The position numbers and the translations under genes were made by a program. From Eledone cirrhosa (lineage: Eukaryota): DNA of 64,000 bases. The DNA lies in the NCBI GenBank assembly GCA_964016885.1, contig OZ024744.1:126294001-126358000 (forward strand). The letters run 5' to 3'. Numbering within the stretch: position 1 is the stretch's first letter; each line of letters begins with the position of its first letter. The notes under the pieces are model-generated. The model was not told where the DNA came from, ran no database searches, and saw nothing but the letters and a program-made list of their open reading frames with translations. Positions 1 through 12,002 of the stretch are shown here, piece after piece.

Positions 1-2856
1 TATTCGAACGAGACATTCGTATGCGAAAGAAAAATATCTCGGTGGTAGTAGCAAATATTCGAACGAGACATTCGTATTCGAAAGAACGTTTGTCGGTGGT
101 AGTAGCAAATATTCGAACGAGACATTCGTATGCGAAAGAACGTTTGTCTGGAAGTGGCGATCCATGCCCGGTGGATAGTTGGTTCCGGGTTTTACTATGA
201 TTGTTGCAAAACAGAAACTTAAAGGGATTGACAGAATTTGCGATTCCGGAGAGAGGGCGATCCGTCTGCTTGATTCCGATAACGAACGAGACATTCGTAT
301 CCGAAAGAACGTTTGTCTGGAAACTGGTGAGTCAGTGAGTCGAAAAAAAAATATCTCGGTGGTAGTAGCAAATATTCGTATGCGAAAGAAAAGATCTCGG
401 TGGTAGTAGCAAATATTCGAACGAGACATTCGTAGGCGAAAGAAAAATATCTCGGTGGTAGTAGCAAATATTCGAACGAGACATTCGTATGCGAAAGAAC
501 GTTTGTCGGTGGTAGTAGCAAATATTCGAACGAGACATTCGTATGCGAAAGAACGTTTGTCGGTGGTAGTAGCAAATATTCGAACGAGACATTCGTATGC
601 GAAAGAACGTTTGTCTGGAAGTGGCGATCCATGCCCGGTGGATAGTTGGTTCCGGGTTTTACTATGATTGTTGCAAAACAAAAACTTAAAGGGATTGACA
701 GAATTTGCGATTCCGGAGAGAGGGCGATCCGTCTGCTTGATTCCGATAACGAACGAGACATTCGTATCCGAAAGAACGTTTGTCTGGAAACTGGTGAGTC
801 AGTGAGTCGAAAAAAAAATATCTCGGTGGTAGTAGCAAATATTCGAACGAGACATTCGTATGCGAAAGAACGTTTGTCTGGAAGTGGCGATCCATGCCCG
901 GTGGATAGTTGGTTCCGGGTTTTACTATGATTGTTGCAAAACAGAAACTTAAAGAGATTGACAGAATTTGCGATTACGGAGAGGGGGCGATCCGTCTGCT
1001 TGATTCCGATAACGAACGAGACATTCGTATCCGAAAGAACGTTTGTCTGGAAACTGGTGAGTCAGTGAGTCGAAAAAAAAATATCTCGGTGGTAGTGGCA
1101 AATATTCGAACGAGACATTCGTATGCGAAAGAACGTTTGTCGGTGGTAGTAGCAAATATTCGAACGAGACATTCGTATGCGAAAGAACGTTTGTCTGGAA
1201 GTGGCGATCCATGCCCGGTGGATAGTTGGTTCCGGGTTTTACTATGATTGTTGCAAAACAGAAACTTAAAGGGATTGACAGAATTTGCGATTACGGAGAG
1301 GGGGCGATCCGTCTGCTTGATTCCGATAACGAACGAGACATTCGTATCCGAAAGAACGTTTGTCTGGAAACTGGTGAGTCAGTGAGTCGAAAAAAAAATA
1401 TCTCGGTGGTAGTAGCAAATATTCGAACGAGACATTCGTATGCGAAAGAACGTTTGTCGGTGGTAGTAGCAAATATTCGAACGAGACATTCGTATGCGAA
1501 AGAACGTTTGTCGGTGGTAGTAGCAAATATTCGAACGAGACATTCGTATGCGAAAGAACGTTTGTCTGGAAGTGGCGATCCATGCTCGGTGGATAGTTGG
1601 TTCCGGGTTTTACTATGATTGTTGCAAAACAGAAACTTAAAGGGATTGACAGAATTTGCGATTCCGGAGAGGGGGCGATCCGTCTGCTTGATTCCGATAA
1701 CGAACGAGACATTCGTATCCGAAAGAACGTTTGTCTGGAAACTGGTGAGTCAGTGAGTCGAAAAAAAAATATCTCGGTGGTAGTAGCAAATATTCGTATG
1801 CGAAAGAAAAGATCTCGGTGGTAGTAGCAAATATTCGAACGAGACATTCGTAGGCGAAAGAAAAATATCTCGGTGGTAGTAGCAAATATTCGAACGAGAC
1901 ATTCGTATTCGAAAGAACGTTTGTCTGGAAGTTGCGATCCATGCCCTGTGGATAGTTGGTTCCGGGTTTTACTATGATTGTTGCAAAACAGAAACTTAAA
2001 GGGATTGACAGAATTTGCGATTCCGGAGAGGGGGCAATCCGTCTGCTTGATTCCGATAACGAACGAGACATTCGTATCCGAAAGAACGTTTGTCTGGAAA
2101 CTGGTGAGTCAGTGAGTCGAAAAAAAAAATATCTCGGTGGTAGTAGCAAATATTCGAACGAGACATTCGTATGCGAAAGAACGTGTGTCGGTGGTAGTAG
2201 CAAATATTCGAACGAGACATTCGTATGCGAAAGAACGTTTGTCGGTGGTAGTAGCAAATATTCGAACGAGACATTCGTATGCGAAAGAACGTTTGTCGGT
2301 GGTAGTAGCAAATATTCGAACGAGACATTCGTATGCGAAAGAACGTTTGTCGGTGGTAGTAGCAAATATTCGAACGAGACATTCGTATGCGAAAGAACGT
2401 TTGTCTGGAAGTTGCGATCCATGCTCGGTGGATAGTTGGTTCCGGGTTTTACTATGATTGTTGCAAAACAGAAACTTAAAGGGATTGACAGAATTTGCGA
2501 TTCCGGAGAGAGGGCGATCCGTCTGCTTGATTCCGATAACGAACGAGACATTCGTATCCGAAAGAACGTTTGTCTGGAAACTGGTGAGTCAGTGAGTCGA
2601 AAAAAAAATATCTCGGTGGTAGTAGCAAATATTCGTATGCGAAAGAAAAGATCTCGGTGGTAGTAGCAAATATTCGAACGAGACATTCGTATGCGAAAGA
2701 AAAATATCTCGGTGGTAGTAGCAAATATTCGAACGAGACATTCGTATTCGAAAGAACGTTTGTCTGGAAGTTGCGATCCATGCCCGGTGGATAGTTGGTT
2801 CCGGGCTTTACTATGATTGTTGCAAAACAGAAACTTAAAGGAATTGACAGAATTTT
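1..2856 (+). repeat. Tandem array of chimeric 18S/28S rRNA-derived monomers (263 bp core plus variable 54-bp subrepeats), copy A
   Basis: Monomer starts (TTGGTTCCGGG) at 179, 646, 909, 1226, 1597, 1956, 2436, 2795. Contains GAAACTTAAAGG(G/A)ATTGAC, GATTCCGGAGAGGG, TTCCGATAACGAACGAGAC (18S motifs) and GGTGGTAGTAGCAAATATTC (28S motif). Confidence 0.92.
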
Positions 2857-2880
2857 CGAATCGACATCAACTCGGCTACG

Positions 2881-3232
2881 GCTATCCCGTCGAGTACGAG
2901 AGTATCGCGGGATCAGAGCAACGGTTTGCTAGGCTGCCTCTGAGCGATAACGGCTGAACGCCTCCTCTAAGCCGGAACCCTAGCCGGACCCGAGTTGTTT
3001 TTCGACAAGCGTCTCGACCTTCTTAAGGCCCATGCCTTAGTTTGGCGATTGCCGTCCGTTCGCCGACGGCGGCAGCGTCAGCGGAAATGCCATTCTGTGA
3101 CGACTACGACGATTCGTCGTCGTCGTCGTCCATTCGATTTCCTGAAAGAGATAGAGACTAAAGTGATCAAATTGTTCGGAGTTACGTGCTTAGTAGAGCA
3201 GCTACCACACTGCAATCTATTGAGAGTTTTCT
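2881..3232 (+). pseudogene. 28S rRNA 3'-terminal fragment (degenerate), copy A
   Basis: AGTACGAGAG (sarcin-ricin loop core) at 2893, CTGAACGCCTC..TAAG and TTAGTAGAGCAGCTACCACACTGCAATCTATTGAGA, in the order expected at the LSU 3' end. Confidence 0.85.
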
Positions 3233-3590
3233 GACGAACGATACAATCCGCCCACGTGGCGCCAGAAAGGGAGAAGAAAAGAAAAGTTAGACGCCGCCGA
3301 TCGATCGGTTCGTTGTTTTACGTGTACACAGCTTGTGTGTGTGTCTGTATGTGATACAAGCCGCCTATCCGTCTTCCAAGTAAGTTTTGTGTGTAGACTG
3401 CGGAAAGAAATCCAATCCGCCGTCTAGGCGGTTCTGCCGCCGACCCATACTTTTGCGAGTCGCTCCCGGGAAAGACAGGCGGCAAGACGGCGTGTATACA
3501 CGACGCCTTCCGTCTTCCGCCTCGAACCCGGGCAAACGTTCCTTTATTCGTCCACGCCTTCCCGCTTCGATCGCGAGAAAGTAATCAATC
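3233..3590 (+). other. GC-rich 3' ETS/IGS-like sequence
   Basis: CpG-rich segment directly downstream of the 28S 3' end; assigned by position only. Confidence 0.4.
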
Positions 3591-3663
3591 TGTTTTGTGT
3601 GTGTGTCTGTGTGTGATACAAATTTGTTTTCTTAATTTGATAACCATGAATTGTTTCAACACC

Positions 3664-3679
3664 GGCCCTTTTAAGGGCC
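3664..3679 (+). promoter_or_regulatory. Orphan histone mRNA-type 3' stem-loop
   Basis: GGCCCT-TTTA-AGGGCC followed by AC matches the 6-bp stem, 4-nt loop histone hairpin. No histone ORF upstream. Confidence 0.6.
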
Positions 3680-4106
3680 ACTTATATTTTCAATAATCAG
3701 TTTAAATGGGTTGCACCGTAGCCACTTGGTAATACACTGCAAATCTCCCGTCAATCTATGAAGGTTTTGTAGTAGATTAGATCAAAACACAATCAGCAAG
3801 ACAGTAATGGAATGAATAATATAAACATTTGTTTATAATTAAAGCCTTAAGATGTCCCTCCCTCCCTCCCTTCCTCCCTTCCTTCCTTCCTTCCTTCCTT
3901 CCTTACGATATACACTTTAATAACATTGAAACTTATTTAATAAGTTTAAATTTTAAACACTTTTTATTCAGACGTACCGCGATAAGTAACTAGATATGTT
4001 CTAACGAATAATCCGCGATGTGGCGAGGATTACCGCGATAGGAAATTAGATACGTTCCAAAGAAATATCCGCGAAAAGTGAACCGCGATATAGCGGGTTC
4101 ACCAGC

Positions 4107-4165
4107 CAGTGTATTACTGGTACTTTATTTTATCGACCCCCATAAGGATGAAAGGCAAAGTTAAC
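4107..4165 (-). mobile_element. tRNA-derived SINE fragment
   Basis: Reverse complement of the TTAACTTTGCCTTTCATCCTT..GGGGTCGATAAAATAAAGTACCAG core also present at 15751-15800. Confidence 0.7.
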
Positions 4166-4260
4166 TGTGCAATAACAAAGGGAGATAACCTCGTCTTTTT
4201 TTTTTTACGGAGTTATTTCCCTTTAAATTTTATCTATTACTTATGATGATACAATTTAAT

Positions 4261-4392
4261 CAGTTCTTAGCTGTCGAGACACTGCATCCTTTAAAACCTC
4301 CATGGAACAAGCTACCTGCAACAGTTGTTAGCTGTCGAGACACTGCATCTTTTAAAACCTCCATGGAACAAACTACCTGCATCAGTTGTTAG
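4261..4392 (+). mobile_element. Tandem (~62 bp x2) fragment of a CR1 ORF2 3' end
   Basis: TGGAACAA(G/A)CTACCTGCA.CAGTTGTTAGCTGTCGAGACACTGCATC resembles the WNKLPASIVSCRDTASFKT coding end of the CR1 at 18079-18180. Confidence 0.75.
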
Positions 4393-4451
4393 GGTCTGAG
4401 TTCAAATCACGCCGAGGAGGTTAACTTTGCCTTTCATCCTTACGGGGTCGG
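4393..4451 (+). mobile_element. tRNA-derived SINE fragment
   Basis: GGTCTGAGTTCAAATCACGCCGAGG (B-box-like) plus TTAACTTTGCCTTTCATCCTTACGGGGTCG; near-identical to 15727-15780. Confidence 0.72.
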
Positions 4452-4660
4452 TCGGAAAACGAACCATTCCCGGTTCGCTTTCGAAGCGGGTTTCCGAAAA
4501 CAGCGCTTCTCTCGACCGGGCCCGTCGTCCGCTCGGCGGTGGTTTTCATCGTCCCAGGCACGGCTAACAGGCGGAGACGGGACAAACGCGCGTGTTCCTT
4601 TTTTTATCAGCCGCAGCGCCGTTCGTATATATGCTTAGGTTGTTTTTTTTTTAAATATCC

Positions 4661-4938
4661 TAAGTTAAGTTGGGGCTAAGTTAAGTTGGGGCTAAGTTAA
4701 GTTGAGGTTAAGTTGAGTTGGGGTTAAGTTAAGTGGGGGTTAAGTTAAGCTGGGGTTAAGTTAAGTTGAGGTTAAGTTAAGTTGGGGTTAAGTCAAGTTG
4801 GGGTTAAGTTAAGTTGGGGTTAAGTTAGGTTGGGGTTAAGTTAGGTTGGGGTTAAGTTAAGTTGGGGTTAAGTTAGGTTGCGGTTAAGTTAAGTTGGGGT
4901 TAAGTTAGGTTGGGGTTAAGTTAGGTTGGGGTTAAGTT
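4661..4938 (+). repeat. G-rich telomere-like ~16-bp repeat (GGGGTTAAGTTA(A/G)GTT)n
   Basis: Directly visible. The copy B tract (37042-37271) is 48 bp shorter. Confidence 0.93.
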
Positions 4939-4939
4939 A

Positions 4940-7900
4940 CATTCGCCGCCGGACTTCAGCTTCCTCATTTAGCATGGGCAGTTTTTCTTGAAAATCACAC
5001 CACACACAGCAAATGTGTGTCCGCACATGTACCAGTAATTACAGATCGATTCCGGTGAAAATTCACTGAAAACGGGCCATCCGGCCCTGTGCGTCGATCG
5101 TGGGCCGGCCGGATGTTGACGGATCGATGTGTAATTAGAAGTACATGTGCGGACACTCATTGGCTGTGCGTGGTATGCATTTCAGCAAGATATCTCCGTA
5201 ACATCAAGAGTTATGGCTGTGGAGGCACACCTAGTCAAACGTAAACAAGGTCTGGAGCGTTTACGCTTCGCGATTTTGTTTACGTTTGACTAGGTGTGCC
5301 TCCACAGCCACAACTCTTGATGTTACGGAGATATCTTGCTGAAATGCATACCGCGCACAGCCAATGAGTGTCCGCACATGTACTTCTAATTACACATCGA
5401 TCCGTCAACATCCGGCCGGCCCACGATCGACGCACAGGGCCGGATGGCCCGTTTTCAGTGAATTTTCACCGGAATCGATCTGTAATTACTGGTACATGTG
5501 CGGAGACACATTTGCTGTGTGTGGTGTGATTTTCAAGAAAAACTGCCCATGCTAAATGAGGAAGCTGAAGTCCGCCGGCGAATGGTGTGCTTCGAAGAAA
5601 ACTAATTCGAAAATGACCGTTTGCAGGCGGAGTAACCTTTTCGATCGTGGGCCAGCCGCCCGTGGTGGGATCCATCTGTAATTACTGGTACATGTGCGGA
5701 CATACATTTGCTGTGTGTGGTGTGATTTTCAAGAAGAACTGCCCATGCTAAATGAGGAAGCTGAAGTCCGCCGGCGAATGGTGTGCTTCGAAGAAAACTA
5801 ATTCGAAAATGACCGTTTGCAGGCGGGGTAACCTTTTCGATCGTGGGCCAGCCGCCCGTGGTGGGATCCATCTGTAATTACTGGTACATGTGCGGACACA
5901 CATTTGCTGTGTGTGGTGTGATTTTCGAGAAAGACTGCCCATGCTAAATGAGGAAGCTGAAGTCCGCCGGCGAATGGTGTGCTTCGAAGAAAACTAATTC
6001 GAAAATGACTATTTGCCGGCGGAATCACCTTTTCGGTCCTGGTCCGGCCGGATCTTGCCGGATCGATCGGAAATTTGTGGACCATGTTCGGAAGGCCATT
6101 GTGCATGTGTGGTGAAAAAAATTTGTGTCGAAATCTTCTCGGAAAATAACGGATCGCCGGCGGAGATTGCCATTTCGATCGTGGGCCGGCCGGATCTTGT
6201 CGGATCGATTCGGACATATGTGCATCGTGTTCGCAAGGCCCTTGTCTATGTGTGGTGTGATTTTCATAAAGAAATTCCGAAAAACCCAGTTTTAAATCTG
6301 ATTTCGCCAAAGAATTTTGGCTATCAGATCGGGTTGAAAGGTATGGTTTCAGGTCGATCTGAAAGTCTAAAATGGAATTCACTCGGTTAGCTAACTTTTG
6401 ATATATCGGAGATATCTTTCTGAAAATCACACCACACACTCCCAATGAGTGTCTGCACATGTACCAGTAATTACAGATGGATCCCACCACGGGCGGCCGG
6501 CCCACGATCGAAAAGGTTACTCCGAAGCACACCATTCGCCGGCGGAATTCATTTAGCATGGGCAGTTTTTCTCGAAAATCACACCACACACAGCCAATGA
6601 GTGTCCGCACATGTACCAGTAATTACAGATGGATCCCACCACGGGCGGCTGGCCCACGATCGAAAAGGTTACTCCGCCTGCAAACGGTCATTTTCGAATT
6701 AGTTTTCTTCGAAGCACACCATTCGCCGGCGGACTTCAGCTTCCTCATTTAGCATGGGCAGTTTTTCTCGAAAATCACACCACACACAGCAAATGTGTGT
6801 CCGCACATGTACCAGTAATTACAGATCGATTCCGGTGAAAATTCACTGAAAACGGGCCATTCTGCCCTGTGCGTCGATCGTGGGCCGGCCGGATGTTGAC
6901 GGATCGATGTGTAATTAGAAGTACATGTGCGGACACTCATTGGCTGTGCGTGGTATGCATTTCAGCAAGATATCTCCGTAACATCAAGAGTTATGGCTGT
7001 GGAGGCACACCTAGTCAAACGTAAACAAGCTCTGGAGCGTATACGCTTCGCGATTTTGTTTACGTTTGACTAGGTGTGCCTCCACAGCCACAACTCTTGA
7101 TGTTACGGAGATATCTTGCTGAAATGCATACCACGCACAGCCAATGAGTGTCCGCACATGTACTTCTAATTACACATCGATCCGTCAACATCCGGCCGGC
7201 CCACGATCGACGCACAGGGCCGGATGGCCCGTTTTCAGTGAATTTTCACCGGAATCGATCTGTAATTACTGGTACATGTGCGGACACACATTTGCTGTGT
7301 GTGGTGTGATTTTCACGAAAAACTGCCCATGCTAAATGAGGAAGCTGAAGTCCGCCGGCGAATGGTGTGCTTCGAAGAAAACTAATTCGAAAATGACCGT
7401 TTGCAGGCGGAGTAACCTTTTCGATCGTGGGCCAGCCGCCCGTGGTGGGATACATCTGTAATTACTGGTACATGTGCGGACACACATTTGCTGTGTGTGG
7501 TGTGATTTTCGAGAAAGACTGCCCATGCTAAATGAGGAAGCTGAAGTCCGCCGGCGAATGGTGTGCTTCGAAGAAAACTAATTCGAAAATGACTATTTGC
7601 CGGCGGAATCACCTTTTCGGTCCTGGTCCGGCCGGATCTTGCCGGATCGATCGGAAATTTGTGGACCATGTTCGGAAGGCCATTGTGCATGTGCGATGAA
7701 AAAAATTTGTGTCGAAATCTTCTCGGAAAATAACGGATCGCCGGCGGAGATTGCCATTTCGATCGTGGGCCGGCCGGATCTTGTCGGATCGATTCGGACA
7801 TATGTGCATCGTGTTCGCAAGGCCCTTGTCTATGTGTGGTGTGATTTTCATAAAGAAATTCCGAAAAACCCAGTTTTAAATCTGATTTCGCCAAAGAATT

Positions 7901-8775
7901 TTGGGTATCAGATCGGGTTGAAAGGTATGGTTTCAGGTCGATCTGAAAGTCTAAAATGGAATTCACTCGGTTAGCTAACTTTTGATATATCGGAGATATC
8001 TTTCTGAAAATCACACCACACACTCCCAATGAGTGTCTGCACATGTACCAGTAATTACAGATGGATCCCACCACGGGCGGCCGGCCCACGATCGAAAAGG
8101 TTACTCCGAAGCACACCATTCGCCGGCGGAATTCATTTAGCATGGGCAGTTTTTCTCGAAAATCACACCACACACGGCCAATGAGTGTCCGCACATGTAC
8201 CAGTAATTACAGATGGATCCCACCACGGGCGGCTGGCCCACGATCGAAAAGGTTACTCCGCCTGCAAACGGTCATTTTCGAATTAGTTTTCTTCGAAGCA
8301 CACCATTCGCCGGCGGACTTCAGCTTCCTCATTTAGCATGGGCAGTTTTTCTCGAAAATCACACCACACACAGCAAATGTGTGTCCGCACATGTACCAGT
8401 AATTACAGATCGATTCCGGTGAAAATTCACTGAAAACGGGCCATTCGGCCCTGTGCGTCGATCGTGGGCCGGCCGGATGTTGACGGATCGATGTGTAATT
8501 AGGAGTACATGTGCGGACACTCATTGGCTGTGCGTGGTATGCATTTCACTAAGATATCTCCGTAACATCAAGAGTTATGGCTGTGGAGGCACACCTAGTC
8601 AAACGTAAACAAGGTCTGGAGCGTTTACGCTTCGCGATTTTGTTTACGTTTGACTAGGTGTGCCTCCACAGCGACAACTCTTGATGTTACGGAGATATCT
8701 TGCTGAAATTCATACCACGCACAGCCAATGAGTGTCCGCACATGTACCTGTAATTACACATCGATCCGACGACGG
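4940..8775. repeat. 1584-bp array of long palindromes with 196-bp subrepeats, copy A (3 hairpin axes)
   Basis: Mirror ORFs 4969-5160(-)/5364-5555(+) and 6749-6940(-)/7144-7335(+). Axes at 5262, 7042, 8626, each with a 27-nt loop. Confidence 0.95.
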
Positions 8776-8880
8776 ACAGAGTATTCGGTTTATTTTCTTG
8801 ACATATTTCTTTACATATTGTCCAGGCATGCACTTTTTCCATGATTAGTTCTGTTGACGGCCCGCTTTCCAAAATACCTT

Positions 8881-8910
8881 ATCCTGTGCAACGCCGGGTA
8901 CCACTGCTAG
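8881..8910 (+). mobile_element. Helitron-type 3' terminus (hairpin + CTAG|T)
   Basis: CCTGTGCAACGCCGGG-TACCACTG-CTAG followed by (TA)n; matches the Helitron 3' end architecture. Confidence 0.75.
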
Positions 8911-9129
8911 TATATATATGTGTATGTATATATATATATATATATTGGTAAACGGAATAGAAAATTGTGACAAATTGTTCACAGTGAAAAATAGTTTAAT
9001 TAGGAATAAGTGATAATTAGTAATAGTATTGGTTAGTATTAAGTTTTGGTTTTAAGTTTTACTGGTTGCGCATTTCTAATGCTTTTCAAAAATAATTTTG
9101 AGATAGAGCGTCCGTGATGTTTGCTCTGA

Positions 9130-9177
<48 letters not shown>

Positions 9178-9327
9178 AACAGTAGAAAGGAAAAAGATTT
9201 TTTCAGTAGAAATTGCTGAAGAGATTCTTTCAGTGTAATTTCAAAACATTAATTTATTTATAAAGTGGATATTTCCACATTTAATAATGGCACTGGGTTC
9301 AGCATTATATACATTGTCAATTGTGGA

Positions 9328-9660
9328 TTCTACTTTTGGCACAAGGGCTGCAATTATCCAGTACATTACTGGTACTTTATTATTTATACAAATAATAATT
9401 GTTTCTACTTTTGGCACAAGGGCAGCAATTACCCAGTACATTACTGGTACTTTATTATTTATACAAATAATAATTGTTTCTACTTTAGGCACAAGGTCAG
9501 CAATTACCCAGTACATTACTGGTACTTTATTATTTATACAAATAATAATTGTTTCTACTTTAGGCACAAGGTCAGCAATTACCCCAGTACTTTATTTTAT
9601 CGACCCCGTAAGGATGAAAGAAAAGTTAACCTCAACGGGATTTGAACTCAGTCTGTAAAG
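9328..9660 (-). repeat. 75-bp minisatellite (~3.5 copies) grown from a SINE end, running into a SINE fragment
   Basis: TTCTACTTT..GCACAAGG at 9328, 9403, 9478, 9553, followed by TTTATCGACCCCGTAAGGATGAAAG...TTTGAACTCAG (reverse SINE core). Confidence 0.85.
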
Positions 9661-10374
9661 GGAGGTAACTGCTGGATTAATTTGGTTAATTAAGTTAACA
9701 GAAATTATGAACCGGTTTCTACAGAGCCTTCTGGACATTTAACCCTTTAGCATTTAAACCAGCCATACCTAGCCAGAATACTCTCACATCTTTCTGTTCA
9801 AACCAGCCATAACTGGCCACTCATACTGACGTTAAGGTATTGTTCTCAATATAAATAATATCAAAATCTCATAGATTCGATATTATATGAGATAATTATG
9901 TAAGATAAAGCCTTTACCACAAAAATACAATAGTATATATAGAGTAATAAAAATGCTAAAGGGTAAAAGTAGCTTATTATTTTGTGAGCTCTTGCTACTT
10001 ATTGCTCTTGTGCATCAAGAACATACACAGCTTACATTTTGTTGCTAATCTCACTGAGATCCAACTACATCTCTTGTTTATCCATAGTTTGGAATTTCTA
10101 CCTACTCCTTTCCTTTAGAATGATCAAGGCCATTTTCTTGTGGGGATCTAGGCCCTGTTTTCCTTTCTATTTTGCCAAGTTATCTTACATCACTTTCATT
10201 CTAGACCATGCTTCCAGGTTTGGAATTTCTCCTCTAATTTTACCACAGATTAAGTGACAAGGGTTCAATCATGTGCATACAGGAGTTCCCATGGACAGCC
10301 AGTAATATGTAATAGCCTGCAGGATGATAATAAACAGAAGAGGGTTAATTACAGAGCCCTGATAGAGGGTTAAT

Positions 10375-11850
10375 AACAGAGCCCTGATAGACTTGTTCAC
10401 TCAACTCCTCACTATAGCCATCATTACTTTTAACCTTACTGACTGCTCCTCCATACATGGCTTTTACTGCTCTCACAAGCCACTCATATACCCCTAGTTT
10501 TCTAAGTTATACACCAGATTAGGGAAGGGGGAAGTCTCACAGAAGCTCTCTCTGGGTCAACAAATGCCAAGTAGAGGGGCTTATTTTAGCTAGGTACTAC
10601 TCTTGCAGTTGCCACACAAGGAAGAGGACATCAGTGGTACTTTTACCTGGCACAAATCCAAACTTCATCTCATCTAGGTTAACTTGGTCCCTAATCAGCT
10701 GTGTTATAAATCTAACACCTTCATGAAGTGGTCCATCTAATATCTCTATAGTTTTCTAGCTCTAGTACATCTCCTTTGCCCTTGTAGCAGTTGATGATGA
10801 TGATACTACACCATTTATTTGGTATGACACCATTTTGTATTACATGCTGTACGATACCAGTGGTTAAGATGTGACCCACCATCCCAGATACTTTCAGTAT
10901 CTCAGCAACTATCACCAATGGACAAGATACTTTCTCTGTCTTCATATCCTTAATTACCTTACTTCATATCCTTAATTACCTTACTGCTTACTTGTATGGC
11001 TGGACCCTCTGTTGGGCCCACTTTCCGTAGACTATCTTCCTCCCATGCATTCTCCTCATTCAGTAATCTTTCATAAAGGCATTTCCATGTTACAAAGGTT
11101 GGCTGAAAAGTTCATAGACTATCAATGATAGCATGATGCTAGAGCTGTGAAATCTTGCCTGCATTAATTTCAACTCTTCTTATTAATAACTGCATTGTTT
11201 CCTTCCAGGGACTATGTTGAAAAATAAACCTCATTTGGTCATTCCATGAGTGTATCTTGGTCTGCCTATGAACTTTTCAGCTGACCCTATTCAGCATCAG
11301 TGAGCCCAAATGCCCCATTATCATCCTGGACACACTTTACCCCAACATCACAATTTGCCCTCACACACTGCCTCACAATCCTGAACATCTCATGTATTTC
11401 ATCCTCACATCATAAAACCAACTGAAATTATATATTCTCTGCTTCCCTCCTTGCAAAGAATACTTCTTGCCTAGCTTCCTGTAGTGTACCCTCCAGCTGC
11501 CTCCATTCTGCCATTATTCCATGCCTGTCTCTTGGCCTTAACTGTCTCATCTACCCTAGTGTTTCACCACCAAGATACTCTCCTCTCTGAAGCCCTGCTC
11601 CAGCCACAGATCTAGTTTGACACCTTCAGCAAAGGTTCTTTAAGGAACTCCCACTGTTCCCCTATATTGTATGTTTCTATTTGTTCTTCCTTACTGTTGT
11701 AAAGATCAAACAAAATATCTCTAAATTTGGAACTGGCTGAGGGGTCCTTTAACTTCCATATCCTTCTCCTCCAAGTTGCCCTCAGTCTTCAAGTTCATCT
11801 AAGTCTATGAAATCACTAACTACTGGGTTATGTTGGGAGGTGCATTCTTC
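10375..11850 (-). mobile_element. Degenerate RTE-clade LINE fragment (RT region)
   Basis: Minus-strand remnants YKGKGDVLELENYRDI and FGFVPG with many stops and frameshifts. Repeated at 14052-15527 and 47468-48943. Confidence 0.75.
11091..11292 (+). mobile_element. Mariner-derived MITE nested in the RTE
   Basis: Inverted termini GGCTGAAAAGTTCATAG ... CTATGAACTTTTCAGC. Internal GGGACTATGTTGAAAAATAA (DYVEK*) resembles a mariner transposase C-terminus. Confidence 0.7.
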
Positions 11851-12002
11851 CCCAGGGGGTGGGGATTGTGTGTTTACAAATGTCAATATCTCATCTTCTG
11901 GTGAGGATAAAAATCTGACTGGCATGCTCCTCTGACCAATAGGTGTTGAAGTGGTTGTCGGGTAAACGTTAAGACCCTCTGATATACATATATATATATA
12001 TA

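Noticed and set aside
179-2781. ORFs such as MVPGFTMIVAKQKLKG and the 349-aa minus-strand ORF
   Set aside because: Translations of rRNA-derived tandem repeats with non-ATG starts and frames that change with A-run length.
1-2856. CRISPR-like array
   Set aside because: The sequence between repeats is itself repeated (no unique spacers), there are no cas genes, and the context is eukaryotic.
2862-2880. Possible 5.8S remnant (TCAACTCGGCT; CGGTGGAT in the monomer)
   Set aside because: Matches are too short to distinguish from chance without an alignment.
3970-4100. CCGCGA-rich ~58-bp duplication resembling a pogo/Tigger MITE end
   Set aside because: No matching opposite TIR or target-site duplication found.
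4969-8872. 63-270 aa ORFs in the palindrome array
   Set aside because: Mirrored on both strands, broken in some monomers, and without a recognisable domain.
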